A stretch of DNA of 64,000 bases. It comes from Candidatus Poribacteria bacterium. GTDB lineage: Bacteria; Poribacteria; WGA-4E; WGA-3G. The position numbers were made by a program, and so were the translations under genes. The stretch lies in the NCBI GenBank assembly GCA_964291315.2, contig OZ219753.1, positions 704,001 to 768,000 on the forward strand. The letters are read 5' to 3'. The notes beneath the pieces were generated by a model, which worked only from the letters and a program-made list of their open reading frames with translations, did not search any database and was not told where the DNA came from. Of this stretch, positions 39,268-50,058 are shown in pieces (within the stretch, counting starts at the first letter, position 1; every line of letters begins with the position of its first letter).

Positions 39268-39987
39268 GTGATTAAGGCAGTTTTCTTTGACTTGGATAAT
39301 ACGCTCTGCGATTCCGATGCAGCATGGTGTATCGCAGAAAGAGAGACGTTTCGGCGTTTCCGCGGGCAGGGCTTTTCGGATATTTCGGAAAAGGCTTGGG
39401 CGAAGGCGTGGGGAACAGTAAATCAGAAACTCCTTCAGCAAGTTGATGCTGGGAAACTCACTATGGCGGAGGCGCGAGATGCGCGTTTTCGTTGTTTATT
39501 CAGAGAAATGGATGTGCCCGGGGGTAAAATTGCATCAGAGCTCAACGACTTTTTGAGTATGCGTTACCTCACGAGTTTACGTCTCTACGATGATGTTTGG
39601 GTTCTTGAGAGGCTGCGTGCATACCATGTCGGTATCATTACAAACGGGGCGCATGATGAACACCCCGACAGTCAACTTTCCAAAGTCCGACACTTGGGTC
39701 TCATCGGACGAGTTCAATCGGTAACAATTTCCGATGAGGTCGGGGTCAGAAAACCGGATATTAAAATTTTCAAAGTGGCGTGTGAACGTGCGGGTGTTTC
39801 CTGCAGAGAGGCGCTGTTTATCGGAGATTCTCTTGAAAAAGATATTTCTGGTGCGAGTGGTGCGGGCATGATAAGCGTTCTTATAGAACGCCAATTAGAG
39901 GCGTTGACACCAGAAATAGGAGAGGGACACCCGGACTACTCAGTCTCTAATCTAGGGGATATTTTGTTCTGTTTGGGGTGTGAGTAG
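39268..39987 (+). CDS. HAD-superfamily hydrolase (YjjG/YfnB-like)
   Basis: FFDLDNTL, IITNG, KPDIKIF, FIGDSLEKDISGA. Confidence 0.9.
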   Translation: MIKAVFFDLDNTLCDSDAAWCIAERETFRRFRGQGFSDISEKAWAKAWGTVNQKLLQQVDAGKLTMAEARDARFRCLFREMDVPGGKIASELNDFLSMRYLTSLRLYDDVWVLERLRAYHVGIITNGAHDEHPDSQLSKVRHLGLIGRVQSVTISDEVGVRKPDIKIFKVACERAGVSCREALFIGDSLEKDISGASGAGMISVLIERQLEALTPEIGEGHPDYSVSNLGDILFCLGCE

Positions 39988-40023
39988 CATAAACAGATGT
40001 ATTTAAAATAAGAGGAGGGAGTA

Positions 40024-40617
40024 ATGGCAATCACAGCAAAAATGGTTAGTGAACTCCGTTCGCGCACGGGTGCGGGTATTATGGACTGTAAAAAGGCGCT
40101 TGCGGAAACGGATGGGGATATTGATCGAGCGATTCAGAAGCTGCGGGAGCAGGGTTTAAAGGCGTCCGAGGTCAAAGGTGGTAGGGCCACCGAAGAGGGG
40201 TTGATTGTCTCTTATATCCATCCCGGTAGTCGTATCGGTACGTTGGTAGAGCTGAATTGTGAGACGGATTTTGTTGCGCGGACGGAGCAATTCCAGCAAT
40301 TAGGCAAGGAAATTGCGATGCAGGTAGCGGCAGCGAAGCCGAGGTATCTGAGCGAAGCCGAGGTTCCGGTTGAGGATTTGGAGGCTGAAAAAGCGGTTCT
40401 TAAAGCGCAGGCGGAGAAAGAGGGTAAGCCTGAACATATCGCTGATCGGATTGTTGAGGGTCGTATCTCTAAATTTTACTCAGAGACTTGTCTTCTGCAG
40501 CAGCCCTATATTCGCGATACAGACAAAACTGTAGAGACGCTCGTAAAGGACACGATTGCGCAGTTAGGGGAGAATATTGTTGTTAAGCGGTTTGTTCTTT
40601 ACGTGTTGGGTCAGTAA
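40024..40617 (+). CDS. tsf: Elongation factor Ts (short, 197-aa form)
   Basis: ELRSRTGAGIMDCKKAL, ELNCETDFVAR, LGENIVVKRF. Confidence 0.97.
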   Translation: MAITAKMVSELRSRTGAGIMDCKKALAETDGDIDRAIQKLREQGLKASEVKGGRATEEGLIVSYIHPGSRIGTLVELNCETDFVARTEQFQQLGKEIAMQVAAAKPRYLSEAEVPVEDLEAEKAVLKAQAEKEGKPEHIADRIVEGRISKFYSETCLLQQPYIRDTDKTVETLVKDTIAQLGENIVVKRFVLYVLGQ

Positions 40618-40884
40618 AGAGATAGGGTTTGAAGTCGAGCGTATGCGGGTAACCGAGTCCGTGATATTTCGGCTTTCTTGTCTGCGTCTCTTTTGTGTGA
40701 GACCTAACTGCCCGTTGAGGTATATCTGAAAATTGATTGACTGGATTTGAGGTGGCTTGAAACGGGGAATCAATTTCCATCGGTAGAGAGCGGCTTCGGA
40801 ATTACGAAATATGGACGGTTGGTTTTTAGGCTGGTTGTCCACGACGCCTTTTGGAGCGTCGCAAACGTTTATAGGGAAATTCAG

Positions 40885-41472
40885 ATGCAAGAGATCATTC
40901 AACAGACCGAGTCCCGGATGAAGAAGACTGTAGAGGCAACGGCGGCGAAGTTGGCGCATGTGCAGACGGGTCGAGCAACGCCGGCGTTGTTGGATCAAGT
41001 GACTGTTAATTACTACGGTAGTAAGAACCCGCTTAGCCAGGTGGGTACAATTACGACTCCTGAGCCTCGTCTGCTGGTTATCCAACCGTGGGATAAGACG
41101 CTCATCACAGAAATTGAAAAGGCGATAGCGCATTCGGATTTAGGTTTTTCAACGAACAACGATGGCAGCGTAATCCGGATTCAAGTGCCTGAGCTCACTT
41201 TGGAGCGTCGGACTGAATTAACAAAGGTGGTTCGCAAATTGGCGGAAGAGGGCAAAGTAGCTATACGGAACATTCGTCGTGATGCTAACGATGCCGTCAA
41301 AAAGCTAGAGGGTGGTGATTCTTCTGGTGGCGGTGGTAAGAGCCGTGCGCGCGGTGGTGATAAAAAGCGTGGGAAGTCGAGTTCTGATCCGATTCAACAG
41401 CTGACTGATACTTACATTGATCGGATTGATGAATTGGTTGGTGCTAAGGAATCGGAGTTGCTAGAGACTTAG
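40885..41472 (+). CDS. frr: Ribosome recycling factor
   Basis: TGRATPALLD, IQPWDK, KVAIRNIRRDAND; start placed at ATG 40885 (MQEIIQQ), not at the ORF-track TTG 40747. Confidence 0.95.
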   Translation: MQEIIQQTESRMKKTVEATAAKLAHVQTGRATPALLDQVTVNYYGSKNPLSQVGTITTPEPRLLVIQPWDKTLITEIEKAIAHSDLGFSTNNDGSVIRIQVPELTLERRTELTKVVRKLAEEGKVAIRNIRRDANDAVKKLEGGDSSGGGGKSRARGGDKKRGKSSSDPIQQLTDTYIDRIDELVGAKESELLET

Positions 41473-41668
41473 GCGTTAATTGTGCGGTTTGGATGGATTT
41501 TTGTATGTAGTCGCGAATTCCGGCGGCTTGTGATGTTGACAAATGACGTTGTATTAGAAAGTCCCTCCTACGATTCCAGGATTGTTGTTGATATTTATTT
41601 GTGGACCGAGCGCGAATATGCCTGCCGCATCTGGCTATCCGAACTGATTTGAGGAAGGAACAGAAACT

Positions 41669-42508
41669 ATGTTTTGGCGGCGAACCTTGAGTGTCGTTGT
41701 CTTGGTCCCCCTGGTCCTCCTGATTGTTTACCAAGGGAGCTGGCTTTATCTACTCTTCATATCAGTTGTTGTGCTAATGATGCAAGTTGAGTATTGTCGG
41801 CTTGCGCAACGTTTTTCTGAAAAGTTGAGCGTTGTAATGCCGGTTTTGATGACAGTAGCTTTCTGTCTATTGGCGTACTTTTTGCCTGGATTGACAAAAA
41901 CGTTGTCGGTTTCGCAGGCGACGGTGATGTTTAGTTTTCTCACTTTTGTGCTCATCTACGTTTTTGCTGAGAGTATTTTTAGGGGTCAGATTGCTGGGGA
42001 GCTGTTTACTGTCACGCTGAAATTGACGGGCATTTTAATGATTGGTTGGGCGGTGGGCTATCATCTTATTTTGCTACGAAATTCGGGTTCTATCGGTATG
42101 CGTCTCTGCTTTCTATTGGCGGGCATCATTTGGTGTAGTGACACGGGTGCCTACATTGTTGGTAGGTTACTAGGGAAGCGTAGGCTTGGTACCCCGGTCA
42201 GCCCGCGGAAAACGGTTGAAGGGACTCTGGGTGGCTTGATTATAGGGACTCTGGTTGGTTTTCTGCTTGGCGGGATTCTCCTAGAGGGTAGAATTTCTTT
42301 TGTCCATGCTGCGATCATTGGGCTGTTATTGACTGTCTTGGGGCAGCTTGGGGATCTTAGTGCTTCGCTTATGAAACGGACTGCGGGCGTTAAGGACTCG
42401 GGAGACGTGATTCCTGGTCACGGTGGGTTTCTTGATAGGTGTGACAGTTTAATTTTCAGCACGCCGGTGCTGTATTACTATCTGAAACTCACGGGACATC
42501 TGGCCTAG
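41669..42508 (+). CDS. cdsA: Phosphatidate cytidylyltransferase
   Basis: WCSDTGAY, SPRKTVEG, KRTAGVKDSGDVIPGHGGFLDRCDS. Confidence 0.95.
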   Translation: MFWRRTLSVVVLVPLVLLIVYQGSWLYLLFISVVVLMMQVEYCRLAQRFSEKLSVVMPVLMTVAFCLLAYFLPGLTKTLSVSQATVMFSFLTFVLIYVFAESIFRGQIAGELFTVTLKLTGILMIGWAVGYHLILLRNSGSIGMRLCFLLAGIIWCSDTGAYIVGRLLGKRRLGTPVSPRKTVEGTLGGLIIGTLVGFLLGGILLEGRISFVHAAIIGLLLTVLGQLGDLSASLMKRTAGVKDSGDVIPGHGGFLDRCDSLIFSTPVLYYYLKLTGHLA

Positions 42509-42623
42509 GTTCTATCGGCTGGTGTTTGGTTTTGAACATTGTGTGTGGCAGGAGCAAATGTTGTGGCTGTTGTGGTTTTGATTGATAGCTGTTCGCCGAG
42601 GTTGATTGCTAGAAAAAAGAGAC

Positions 42624-43790
42624 ATGAAGCATATCGCGATCCTCGGTAGCACGGGGTCTATTGGAAAAAACGCCTTGCGTGTTGTTGAGACACATCCTGA
42701 TGAATTTAAGGTTGTTGGTCTTGCGGCGAACCGGGATGTTGATACACTTGAGCGGCAGGTTCGGCGTTACCGTCCGGAATTGGTAGCGCTCAATGAGCCG
42801 CTAGCGGCCGCAAGTCTCCGTGAGCGAATTCGTGGCTTTAATGGGACAGAGGTGTTCTCTGGTGCTGAAGGCATTGAAGCTGTGGCGACTATGCCTGCGG
42901 CCTCTCAAGTTTTGGAGGGGATGGGTGGTAGTGCTGGGTTGCTCCCGACTTTAGCAGCGATTGATGCTGGCAAAGACATCGCTTTTGTGAATAAAGAGGT
43001 GATGGTGATGGCGGGTGCGCTGGTTAACGCTGCTGTTCGGGAGAAGGGCGTTAATTTGATACCGATTGATGGTGAGATGAGTGCTATTTTCCAGTGTTTG
43101 GAAGGTGCACGTGGGCGGCAGGCAGAGATCCATCGTCTGTTGATTACTGCGTCGGGTGGTCCTTTTCGTATGTTGCCGACATCGGATTTTCATAGTGTAA
43201 CGCCGCAGCAGGCGCTTCTGCATCCGAATTGGAAAATGGGTAAGAAAATCACAATAGATTCTGCAACGATGATGAACAAAGGGCTTGAAGTGATAGAGGC
43301 GAAATGGTTGTTTAATATGGAGCTCTCTAAGATTGAGGTTGTAGTGCATCCGGAGAGCATTATCCATTCTATGGTGGAGTGGATGGATGGTTCTACGATT
43401 GCGCAGCTGGGTCCGACGGATATGCGGATCATGATTCAATATGCGCTCACCTATCCGCGTCGGCTTTCTGCTCCTGTGCCGCGTTTGGATTTACGGGAGG
43501 CTTCTGCGTTACACTTTGAGCCTGTTGACTTTGAGAAATTTCCGTGTCTCTCTTTGGCGTATGATGCTGCGGAAGTTGGCGGCACGCTTCCTGTTGTGTT
43601 AAGCAGTGCGGACGAGGTTGCGGTAGAGGCTTTTCTTAATACTCGCATCGGTTTTATGGATATACCTGCTATTCTTGCACGTGTGATGGATAAACATACG
43701 TTGATCGCTGATCCGACCCTTTCGGACATTCTTGAGGTTGATCATTGGGCAAAAGCGACTGCGCATGCGCTCATAAAAGAGAGGGGCTAA
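42624..43790 (+). CDS. dxr: 1-deoxy-D-xylulose 5-phosphate reductoisomerase
   Basis: ILGSTGSIG, TASGGPFR, HPNWKMGKKITIDSATMMNKGLEVIEA; start at ATG 42624. Confidence 0.96.
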   Translation: MKHIAILGSTGSIGKNALRVVETHPDEFKVVGLAANRDVDTLERQVRRYRPELVALNEPLAAASLRERIRGFNGTEVFSGAEGIEAVATMPAASQVLEGMGGSAGLLPTLAAIDAGKDIAFVNKEVMVMAGALVNAAVREKGVNLIPIDGEMSAIFQCLEGARGRQAEIHRLLITASGGPFRMLPTSDFHSVTPQQALLHPNWKMGKKITIDSATMMNKGLEVIEAKWLFNMELSKIEVVVHPESIIHSMVEWMDGSTIAQLGPTDMRIMIQYALTYPRRLSAPVPRLDLREASALHFEPVDFEKFPCLSLAYDAAEVGGTLPVVLSSADEVAVEAFLNTRIGFMDIPAILARVMDKHTLIADPTLSDILEVDHWAKATAHALIKERG

Positions 43791-43925
43791 GGTAAAAGTG
43801 TGAGGGCGTTTAAAAAAGGGGTCAGCAGTGGCGTTTTACGGTGATTAGGCAGTCCATGTTTGCGATGTGCGGCTGATGATTGACTACAGAATCGACACTT
43901 AACGAAAAAGGGGCGAATAAATATC

Positions 43926-45608
43926 ATGCAATTTTTAATAGACCTTCTTCTTTCGATAATTCCTTATATCAAGACGATTTTTCTTGCGATAATTCCGCTC
44001 GGTTTCATCATTTTTATTCATGAGCTTGGTCATTTTTGGGCGGCGAAGCGGTGTGGCATTAAAGTGAACACTTTCTCTATTGGTTTCGGTCCCAAGTTGT
44101 TTGGGATTCAGCGGGAGGAGACGGAATATAGGATTTCGCTGTTGCCTTTCGGTGGTTATGTGCAGATGGAAGGTGAGAGTCCGACTGAGCAGACGGGTGC
44201 TGAGGGTGAGTTTGCGAGTGCTTCTGTTGGGCGGCGTGCGTTTGTTGTGGCTGCGGGCCCGGTAGTGAACCTCTTATTCGGTATTTTGGTATATTGGATT
44301 GTCTTTGCTGCGGGTCTCAATTCAGATTCGGAGCGGTTGATCAGTGGTTTGACGGGGCAGTCGCTTGGTGCGCAGGTTCCTGTTCAACTTGGTTGGGTTG
44401 CCGATGATGGTTCGGGTGCTAAAGGGGGGCTTATGCCTGGGGATACGGTGCTTGCAGTCAACGGTGATGCGGTCACACATTGGACGGTGTTCACGACGCG
44501 TATCTTGACGAGTGCGAATAGAGAGTTAGAGGTTCTGGTGGAACGGGAGGGCGTGCAGCGGACGTTGTATGTTACGCCTGAGGCTGTTTCAGGTATCAGG
44601 GGTGACATGGGGAAGTTGAAGGTAGCGGCTAAAAAGGAGGCGGTCGTTGGGCGCGTCATGGAAGGTAGCCTTGCTGCAGAAGCGGGTTTTCAAGTGGTTG
44701 ACTTAGTTGAGACGGTTAATGGGGAGCCGGTGTATGGTGTTCCTAATTTCGGTTACGATATCTGGGATCCGGCTGCGCCTTGGGTTGCGGAGCAGCATCG
44801 TGCGCTTTATCGACGTATCAGCGAAAATGAGCTGTCTGTCAGTGTTGGTATTCGTCGTGAGGGTAGCCCGTTGACGCTGGAGATGCCGGTTCATTGGGGT
44901 TTGGTTGCGAATGTTCAGGAAGAGGGTATCGCTGAAAATGCGGGCATTCAGAATGGGGATATTCTTGTTACGTTTAACGGTGAATCGATTGACAATGCTG
45001 CGTTCTATTCACAGCTCAAAGCCGCTGCGGGTGAATCTGTAGTCTTGGGCTTAATTCGGGATGGCAATTTAAGCGAGGTGACTCTTGTTGGTGATACTCA
45101 GGGTTCGGTGTCGGATGGGCCGCCGTTTGGTTTGGCGTGGGAGACTGTGCTGAGCGGGATGTCGTTCACATCGAAAGCGCCGCCAATTCCGGAGTATGAC
45201 CTGCTTACTGGTTTCGGGAAAGGGGCTGAGTCGACTTGGCTGACTTTTACAACTGTGGGTAGGACGTTGGAACAATTGGTAGGCGGCGAGGTTTCCCCGA
45301 AACATCTTGCGGGTCCGATTGGTATAGCGAGTGCAACGAGTCGCATGTTTGAGAGAGTTGGTTTAAGCAGTGCGCTCTTCTTCATTGGTTTTATTAGCAT
45401 TAACCTGTGTATTGTCAATCTTTTACCTATTCCGATTGCGGATGGTGGGCAGTTGCTGTTTTTCGCGGTTGAGAAGATTCGTGGGAAGCCGATGCCTCGG
45501 AAGGCGCAAGAGATCGTTCAGCAGGTCAGCATTGTGCTTCTGATTGCGCTCTTTCTGTATATTACGTGGTTCGATGGAATCTCTTTAATTCACGATTTGC
45601 GGAATTAA
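43926..45608 (+). CDS. rseP: RIP metalloprotease RseP with several PDZ domains
   Basis: HELGH, FSIGFGP, LPFGGYV, AGPVVN, NLLPIPIADGG. Confidence 0.93.
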   Translation: MQFLIDLLLSIIPYIKTIFLAIIPLGFIIFIHELGHFWAAKRCGIKVNTFSIGFGPKLFGIQREETEYRISLLPFGGYVQMEGESPTEQTGAEGEFASASVGRRAFVVAAGPVVNLLFGILVYWIVFAAGLNSDSERLISGLTGQSLGAQVPVQLGWVADDGSGAKGGLMPGDTVLAVNGDAVTHWTVFTTRILTSANRELEVLVEREGVQRTLYVTPEAVSGIRGDMGKLKVAAKKEAVVGRVMEGSLAAEAGFQVVDLVETVNGEPVYGVPNFGYDIWDPAAPWVAEQHRALYRRISENELSVSVGIRREGSPLTLEMPVHWGLVANVQEEGIAENAGIQNGDILVTFNGESIDNAAFYSQLKAAAGESVVLGLIRDGNLSEVTLVGDTQGSVSDGPPFGLAWETVLSGMSFTSKAPPIPEYDLLTGFGKGAESTWLTFTTVGRTLEQLVGGEVSPKHLAGPIGIASATSRMFERVGLSSALFFIGFISINLCIVNLLPIPIADGGQLLFFAVEKIRGKPMPRKAQEIVQQVSIVLLIALFLYITWFDGISLIHDLRN

Positions 45609-45682
45609 GAGGTGGGCTGGAAAAGCTGCGTTTCTGAAGTGTTTCTCTTTTTTTTTAGATGAATTTATGTGATAGATTAAAA

Positions 45683-46402
45683 ATGAATAGGAACGATCTG
45701 CTACAAGAGTACATAGAGCTCATTGCAAGTGTGAGGGAATACGTGGAAGAACAACTTGAACTTGGTTTCACAGAATTAGAGGGAGATGAGCCTGATCAGG
45801 ATTCGCCTTATGCTCATTTCGACTTGCCGGCGCTGACTACTCAGGCGGCGGGTTGTACGGAGTGTGGTTTACATGAGACGCGGACGCAGGTTGTTTTTGG
45901 TTCTGGTGATCCGAACGCTGATCTTATGTTCATCGGAGAGGCGCCGGGGGCTGATGAAGACCGGCAAGGCGAGCCTTTTGTGGGTAAGGCGGGGAAGTTA
46001 CTGACTCAAATTATTGAGTCGGGTATGAAGCTCAAACGTTCGGAGGTTTATATTGCGAATGTGCTTAAATGCCGTCCGCCCGGTAACAGGAATCCGGAGC
46101 CGGTTGAGGTTGAAACTTGTAGTCCTTATCTGATTCGTCAAATAGAGCTGGTTCAGCCGAAGGTTGTTGTGGCTTTGGGTAGTTTTGCGGCGCAGATGCT
46201 ACTGCGTAAGAAGGTTGGTATTAGCAAGCTGCGGGGTGAATTCTACCCGTGTAATGTTGCGGGGTTGCGGGTTTTGCCACACAGAACGGCTCCGGTGGTT
46301 ATGCCGACTTACCACCCGGCGTATTTGTTGCGGAACCCGGATGCGAAGCGCGAGGTGTGGGCTGATATTCAGAAGGTGATGTCTCATTTGGCAGAGGTGT
46401 AA
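45683..46402 (+). CDS. Uracil-DNA glycosylase family 4 (Fe-S)
   Basis: [41 protein letters not shown]; start may be 45659 or 45683. Confidence 0.93.
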   Translation: MNRNDLLQEYIELIASVREYVEEQLELGFTELEGDEPDQDSPYAHFDLPALTTQAAGCTECGLHETRTQVVFGSGDPNADLMFIGEAPGADEDRQGEPFVGKAGKLLTQIIESGMKLKRSEVYIANVLKCRPPGNRNPEPVEVETCSPYLIRQIELVQPKVVVALGSFAAQMLLRKKVGISKLRGEFYPCNVAGLRVLPHRTAPVVMPTYHPAYLLRNPDAKREVWADIQKVMSHLAEV

Positions 46403-46407
46403 ATTAG

Positions 46408-48990
46408 GTGCTTATCACGGACAGAGAAGATATGGGGTATGTGAATGTTGCTTTTCCGCTGCCGGTTAATCAGGTTTTTACGTATGGTGTGCCGTCGCGG
46501 CTTGATATGGTTTTGCGTCCGGGTGTGCGGGTCTTAGCTCCGTTTCGTCGTACCCTTGCGGAGGGTGTGGTGGTTGAACGGGTTCAGGAGACTGATCTTG
46601 CTCCTGATCGTATCAAAGATATTTCTGACTGTTTGGATGAGAAGCCCACGTTTTCTGCGGGGATGCTGCGGTTGACGAGATGGATGGCGGATTATTATGT
46701 TTCTTCGTGGGGTGTTGCTCTTTTTTGTGCGGTGCCGGCGGCTGTGCGGATGCAAAAGCGGCAGCGTATTCGTCTGTTACCTGATGCTCCGTTGCCGAGC
46801 GGATCGGAAGAAAAGCGGGTTGTTGCGATTTTGGAGGCGGAAGGGTCTCTTTCTCCGCATCAACTTGTGCGCCGGACGGGCTTAAGCCTCCAGCAACTTC
46901 GTCGAAGGCTTACTGTTCTTCGAGAGAAGGGTGTTGTAGGTGTTGAGATTGTTCATAAAGCGAAGGCTTCTACGCAGATGTCTTCTGTTGTGTGTTTAGC
47001 CTTGCCAGAGGCTGCTATTGAATCAGAGATTGCGCAGCTTAGGTGTGTAATGGACGCTGATGGGAGTTCGTCTGTATCGGTTTCAGGTAGCCGTCGGCGT
47101 ATTGGTGATGGCAAGCGGGCTGAGCTTCTGCAGCATCTTCTTGATGAAGGGGTTCCTTTAACGACAAAGGAGTTGACGAGGCGCGTAAACACTAGCGTTG
47201 CGACCCTCCGGACGCTTGAGAGACGGGGGTTGGTTCGTATTAAACAGGCGCGGGTTGTGCGCAATCCGTTGAGTGCTGATCCTGTTGCTCGGACGCAGCC
47301 GTTGCGGTTGAACGTGGCTCAATCTTTGGCGCTTGGGGAGATTCGGCGGGTGCTGGCGGTGCATGCTGATGATACTGTTGGTGGTTCGCCGACGTTTCTG
47401 TTGCATGGTGTAACGGGTAGTGGAAAAACGGAAGTCTACATGCAAGCGATGGCGGAGGTTCTTGAGAGCGGTAAGTCGGTTATTGTATTGGTTCCGGAGA
47501 TATCGTTGACTCCGCAAACGGCGTCTCGTTTTGTTGGGCGTTTTGGGGATCAGGTTGCTGTTCTTCATAGTGGTTTGAGTGATGGCGAGCGTCATGACCA
47601 GTGGCATCGTATTCGGCGTGGTGAGGCTACTATTGTGATTGGTCCGCGTTCTGCGGTTTTTGCGCCGGTGCGGGATCTTGGGTTGCTAATCATAGACGAG
47701 GAGCATTCGGATGCCTATAAGTCGGATGTGGCGCCGCGTTATCATGCGCGGGAGGTTGCTCAGAAACGGAGTGAGCTTGCGAATTGTCCGTTGCTTTTGG
47801 GTAGTGCGACTCCGTCTCTTGAGAGTTTTCATTTGGCGGAGAAGGGTCGGTATCGGTTGCTCAATCTTCGTGAGCGTGTGCTGAATAGGAAGATGCCGGA
47901 TGTTTCTATTGTTGATATGCGGAGTGAGTTGAAGAAGGGGAATCGGACGATTTTTTCTGATCTTCTGCGGAGGTCGATTGAAGAGCGGCTTGTTCGTCGG
48001 GAGCAGATCATACTTTTTTTGAACCGCCGGGGTCACTCCACTTATGTTTTCTGTCGAAACTGTGGGTATGTAGAGGGGTGTGACAGTTGTTCTATTTCGA
48101 TGACGTATCATTTTTCGACGGGTCAGCTTGTCTGCCATCATTGTGGTGCTAAGCGTCGAACGCGTTCTGCGTGTCCGCAGTGTAGTAGTCCTGCTATTCG
48201 CTATTTTGGGATTGGTACGGAGGCGGTTGAGCGTGAGGTGATGAAGGCGTTTCCGGGTGCTAATGTGAGGCGTTTTGATGCGGATACGACTGCCCGGAAG
48301 GGCGCGCATCAGCAGATTTTAGAGGCATTTGCGGGTCAAGAAATAGATATTCTGATAGGTACGCAGATGGTGTCTAAGGGTTTAGACTTTCCGAATGTTA
48401 CGCTTGTGGGTGTGATTGCTGCGGACACGGCACTGAATCTTCCGGATTTTCGGGCGAGTGAGCAGACTTTCAGTTTACTGACGCAGGTTGCTGGTCGTTC
48501 TGGTCGTGCGGATTTGGAGGGTAAAGTGGTGATTCAGACGTATCTGCCTGATCATTACAGTATTGCGGCTGCGCAGCATCACGACTATGTTGGTTTTTAT
48601 AGACGTGAGCTTGAGGCTCGCAGTGCTTTCCGTTACCCGCCGTTTTCGCATGTAGCGATGCTTGTGTTGCGTGGTAAGGACGAGGGAGCGGTTATCAAGG
48701 CTGCGCATGTTGTTCGTGAGTATCTTGAAGGTTTGCGTGTGGGTTCAGGCGGGGTCTCACGTGTACTTGGTACTGGAGAGGTAGGGGAGTTAGATGTAGA
48801 GATCCTTGGTCCGGCGCCGGCGCCGCTCTCGAAAATAGAGGGCAAATTTCGGTGGCATCTTTTGCTTCGAAGTGGTTCTGTAGAAAAGATAGTTCGCCCG
48901 CTTCGGTCTTTGATGCGTGAGCCGCCGGATGCGGTTAAATTGAGCGGGGTTGAATTTGTAGTTGATATTGATCCGACAAATACGCTCTAA
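46408..48990 (+). CDS. priA: Primosomal protein N'
   Basis: LLHGVTGSGKTEVY, DEEH, SATPS, four CxxC pairs, GTQMVSKGLDFP, QVAGRSGR. Confidence 0.96.
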   Translation: MLITDREDMGYVNVAFPLPVNQVFTYGVPSRLDMVLRPGVRVLAPFRRTLAEGVVVERVQETDLAPDRIKDISDCLDEKPTFSAGMLRLTRWMADYYVSSWGVALFCAVPAAVRMQKRQRIRLLPDAPLPSGSEEKRVVAILEAEGSLSPHQLVRRTGLSLQQLRRRLTVLREKGVVGVEIVHKAKASTQMSSVVCLALPEAAIESEIAQLRCVMDADGSSSVSVSGSRRRIGDGKRAELLQHLLDEGVPLTTKELTRRVNTSVATLRTLERRGLVRIKQARVVRNPLSADPVARTQPLRLNVAQSLALGEIRRVLAVHADDTVGGSPTFLLHGVTGSGKTEVYMQAMAEVLESGKSVIVLVPEISLTPQTASRFVGRFGDQVAVLHSGLSDGERHDQWHRIRRGEATIVIGPRSAVFAPVRDLGLLIIDEEHSDAYKSDVAPRYHAREVAQKRSELANCPLLLGSATPSLESFHLAEKGRYRLLNLRERVLNRKMPDVSIVDMRSELKKGNRTIFSDLLRRSIEERLVRREQIILFLNRRGHSTYVFCRNCGYVEGCDSCSISMTYHFSTGQLVCHHCGAKRRTRSACPQCSSPAIRYFGIGTEAVEREVMKAFPGANVRRFDADTTARKGAHQQILEAFAGQEIDILIGTQMVSKGLDFPNVTLVGVIAADTALNLPDFRASEQTFSLLTQVAGRSGRADLEGKVVIQTYLPDHYSIAAAQHHDYVGFYRRELEARSAFRYPPFSHVAMLVLRGKDEGAVIKAAHVVREYLEGLRVGSGGVSRVLGTGEVGELDVEILGPAPAPLSKIEGKFRWHLLLRSGSVEKIVRPLRSLMREPPDAVKLSGVEFVVDIDPTNTL

Positions 48991-49030
48991 TAGTTAATTG
49001 ATAAACGACTGAAAAAGGAATTGATAATAA

Positions 49031-49984
49031 ATGGGGAACCGGATATTTGATAAGCTTGCTGACTCGGAGCTGCTTGCTGGCAGTCCGATTTTGGTTTTTG
49101 CGGCTGATCCGCTTGCGTCTGCGGGTATCAAGGGGCTTGGCGAGGTTCAGCATCCGAGGCCGCACTATCGGACGCATGCTGAGTTCTTGCAGCTTCAGCG
49201 TGATCTTGTTGCGGATGGGCAGCTGGATGGTCTGTTGATGACTCCTGCTGATGCGGAGGCGTTGGCGCTTGAGGAGAATCTGTTTGAAAGTAGTGGGACT
49301 ACGCCTATTGTCCGTATGAATTCGGAGACGGCTATCTGGAATCCGCGTTTTGGTATCTATACTTCGCGGCCGTCTCTTCCGTTTCAGACGGTTTTTCCGG
49401 AAGATATGCAGCGTTATTGTGAGGCGTTGATTGGGCCGGCGCTGGAGTGTCGAGTGAACTTGGGTTTGTATTCTATTACGCTCAACAATGATCCTGTGGC
49501 TGATGATCGGATGCTGCAAGCGTATGTGCAATTTGCGCATGTTGTTGGGGAAATTGAGGGTTTTGACCATCTCTTGGAGGTATTTTTACCGAACGTTAAG
49601 TTGCCGGGGATGGACGATGAAAAGCGTGGTATGTATGTTGCTGATTCTATTGTTCGGACGATGAGTTATCTTCGGAAGCATCAGCGTCCGCGTTTTATTA
49701 AGACCGCCTACACAACAGCTGAGGTGTGGCGTGAGTTGTGTCAATTTGATGCGACCTTGGTCATTGGTGCTTTGGGTGGTCCTCGTCAAAATGCGCGTAG
49801 CACCTTTGCGTTGGCGCACAACGTGGTTAGCAATGGTGGCCGGGCGATTTTGTTTGGGCGCACTATTTTCGGTGAAGATGCTCCGGTGGGTTTCGTGCAG
49901 TGTCTCCGTCGGGTGCTGGATACGGCGTTGGATCCGCAGGATGCGCATGCCGAGTACCAGAAAATCCTTCGATCCCGGTTGTAG
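49031..49984 (+). CDS. Hypothetical class I aldolase-like TIM-barrel protein
   Basis: ILVFAAD, RFIKTAY, ALGG, GGRAILFGRTIF resemble DhnA/LacD-type aldolases. Confidence 0.5.
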   Translation: MGNRIFDKLADSELLAGSPILVFAADPLASAGIKGLGEVQHPRPHYRTHAEFLQLQRDLVADGQLDGLLMTPADAEALALEENLFESSGTTPIVRMNSETAIWNPRFGIYTSRPSLPFQTVFPEDMQRYCEALIGPALECRVNLGLYSITLNNDPVADDRMLQAYVQFAHVVGEIEGFDHLLEVFLPNVKLPGMDDEKRGMYVADSIVRTMSYLRKHQRPRFIKTAYTTAEVWRELCQFDATLVIGALGGPRQNARSTFALAHNVVSNGGRAILFGRTIFGEDAPVGFVQCLRRVLDTALDPQDAHAEYQKILRSRL

Positions 49985-50058
49985 TTTAAGGGTTCCCGCT
50001 TTTGGCGGAGACGACGATGGAAGTTCGGTGCGCTAAGCGTGGCGAGGTGTGAGATCAG

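Noticed and set aside
40618-40884. tRNA or pyrH remnant in the tsf-frr gap, or an N-terminal extension of frr
   Set aside because: No cloverleaf or PyrH motif recognised; only short hairpins. RRF homology begins at ATG 40885.
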